A stretch of DNA of 64,000 nt from Blastocatellia bacterium (lineage in GTDB: Bacteria; Acidobacteriota; Blastocatellia; UBA7656). Where the stretch lies: the NCBI GenBank assembly GCA_963765495.1, contig CAVXWP010000009.1:832001-896000 (forward strand). Direction: 5' to 3'. Below the pieces are notes generated by a model. That model did not search any database. It was given only the letters and a program-made list of their open reading frames with translations, and was not told the origin of the DNA. Positions 63,336-64,000 of this stretch are shown piece after piece. Each line of letters begins with the position of its first letter. Within the stretch, counting starts at the first letter, position 1. Made by a program: the position numbers and the translations under genes.

Positions 63336-63563
63336 AGTAGAACCAAGAATCAGCTTGGGTTTTGGCGCGATGGACGACCTTAGACATCAAGCCAATTTTC
63401 CGTTCTAAGGTACCTCTAAGAAGAAAACTAATGCTATGTAGGACCTATTCAAGAAAAAAGACTCTTAGAATCAATCCTCGCGCCCTCTAGACACATAATA
63501 AAGAGAGTAGGAGGTCGATTTCTGCACTATCTAGAAGAAAAGAAGAGAGTTATTGGTCATACT
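63336..63563. repeat. About 225-bp diverged non-coding direct repeat, copy B
   Basis: See 61360-61584. Confidence 0.85.
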
Positions 63564-63756
63564 GGATTGTTTTCTAAAGCACGGGCTAATGCTAGGAACG
63601 GGAGCAGCGGCACAGGCCGAGTTGTGGCGGCACATGGGTTCGTGCGGCAGAGGCACGAGCGGACGGAGTGTCGGAAACAGGACGGCGAGTAGCCAGGTGC
63701 GAATATGAATACCTCGAAGACAAAGCGGGGCGCCTGTCACTGGCGCACACTTATAA

Positions 63757-64000
63757 TTAGGGCCTCGCGCTGTCGGCTACCCCTCTGGACGTCTCTGGCT
63801 TTTGCCTCAGCGATAACCGGTCAATGAGGAATTCACCAAGGGCGCGGTTCAGCCTGAGGCACATTTGATAATCCTTTGCCGCTTCGGCTCTTTTGCCACT
63901 GTTAGCGTAAACCGAAGCCCGATGGGCATAGGCCAGCGCGTAACTGGGATCAAGCTGTATGGCCCTGGTGTAATCTTTGATTGCGCCATCTAAATCGCCG
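63757..64000 (-). CDS. 3' end of a TPR-repeat protein (partial)
   Basis: GDLDGAIKDYTRAIQLDPSYALAYAHRA...; TAA at 63757-63759. Confidence 0.8.
   Translation of the reverse strand, partial: GDLDGAIKDYTRAIQLDPSYALAYAHRASVYANSGKRAEAAKDYQMCLRLNRALGEFLIDRLSLRQKPETSRGVADSARP

Noticed and set aside
63058-63390. 110-aa minus-strand ORF starting in repeat copy B
   Set aside because: The equivalent frame in copy A has stops; no recognisable family

Overview
A 64 kb chromosomal window, most likely from an Acidobacteriota genome (probably Blastocatellia; inferred from the acidobacterial VWA protein, the Tes/PlsAR cluster and general gene content). The housekeeping backbone is pilT, def, aroC, uvrB, purC, cvpA, trxA, galT, murJ and a YbhGFSR-type ABC exporter. 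Highlights: (1) an AT-richer five-gene island between intact murJ and a decayed murJ copy, encoding a Cys-rich coiled-coil protein, a secreted Cys-bearing protein, an M91/NleD-like HEXXH metalloprotease fused to a CFI-box domain, a small partner and its own Lgt paralog. This is the best candidate for an undescribed system. (2) A plsR-plsA(ger)-hypothetical-tes cluster, a candidate ether/membrane-spanning (brGDGT-type) lipid pathway. (3) A hidden selenoprotein: UshA-like domain with CGU motif plus a tetraheme cytochrome c, split by the ORF caller at an in-frame UGA. (4) Two integrase-less attC cassette clusters, one carrying toxin-antitoxin pairs. (5) Two MITEs with exact TIRs/TSDs that each enclose another palindromic repeat. 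(6) purC apparently starting at AUU. (7) An Rrf2-trxA-SDR-QueA-paralog operon with two visible operators. (8) A tnpB-only IS200/IS605 element, a candidate structured ncRNA and many heptamer-tandem inverted-repeat elements. No rRNA, tRNA or CRISPR array was seen. All family calls come from motif recognition, not from database searches.
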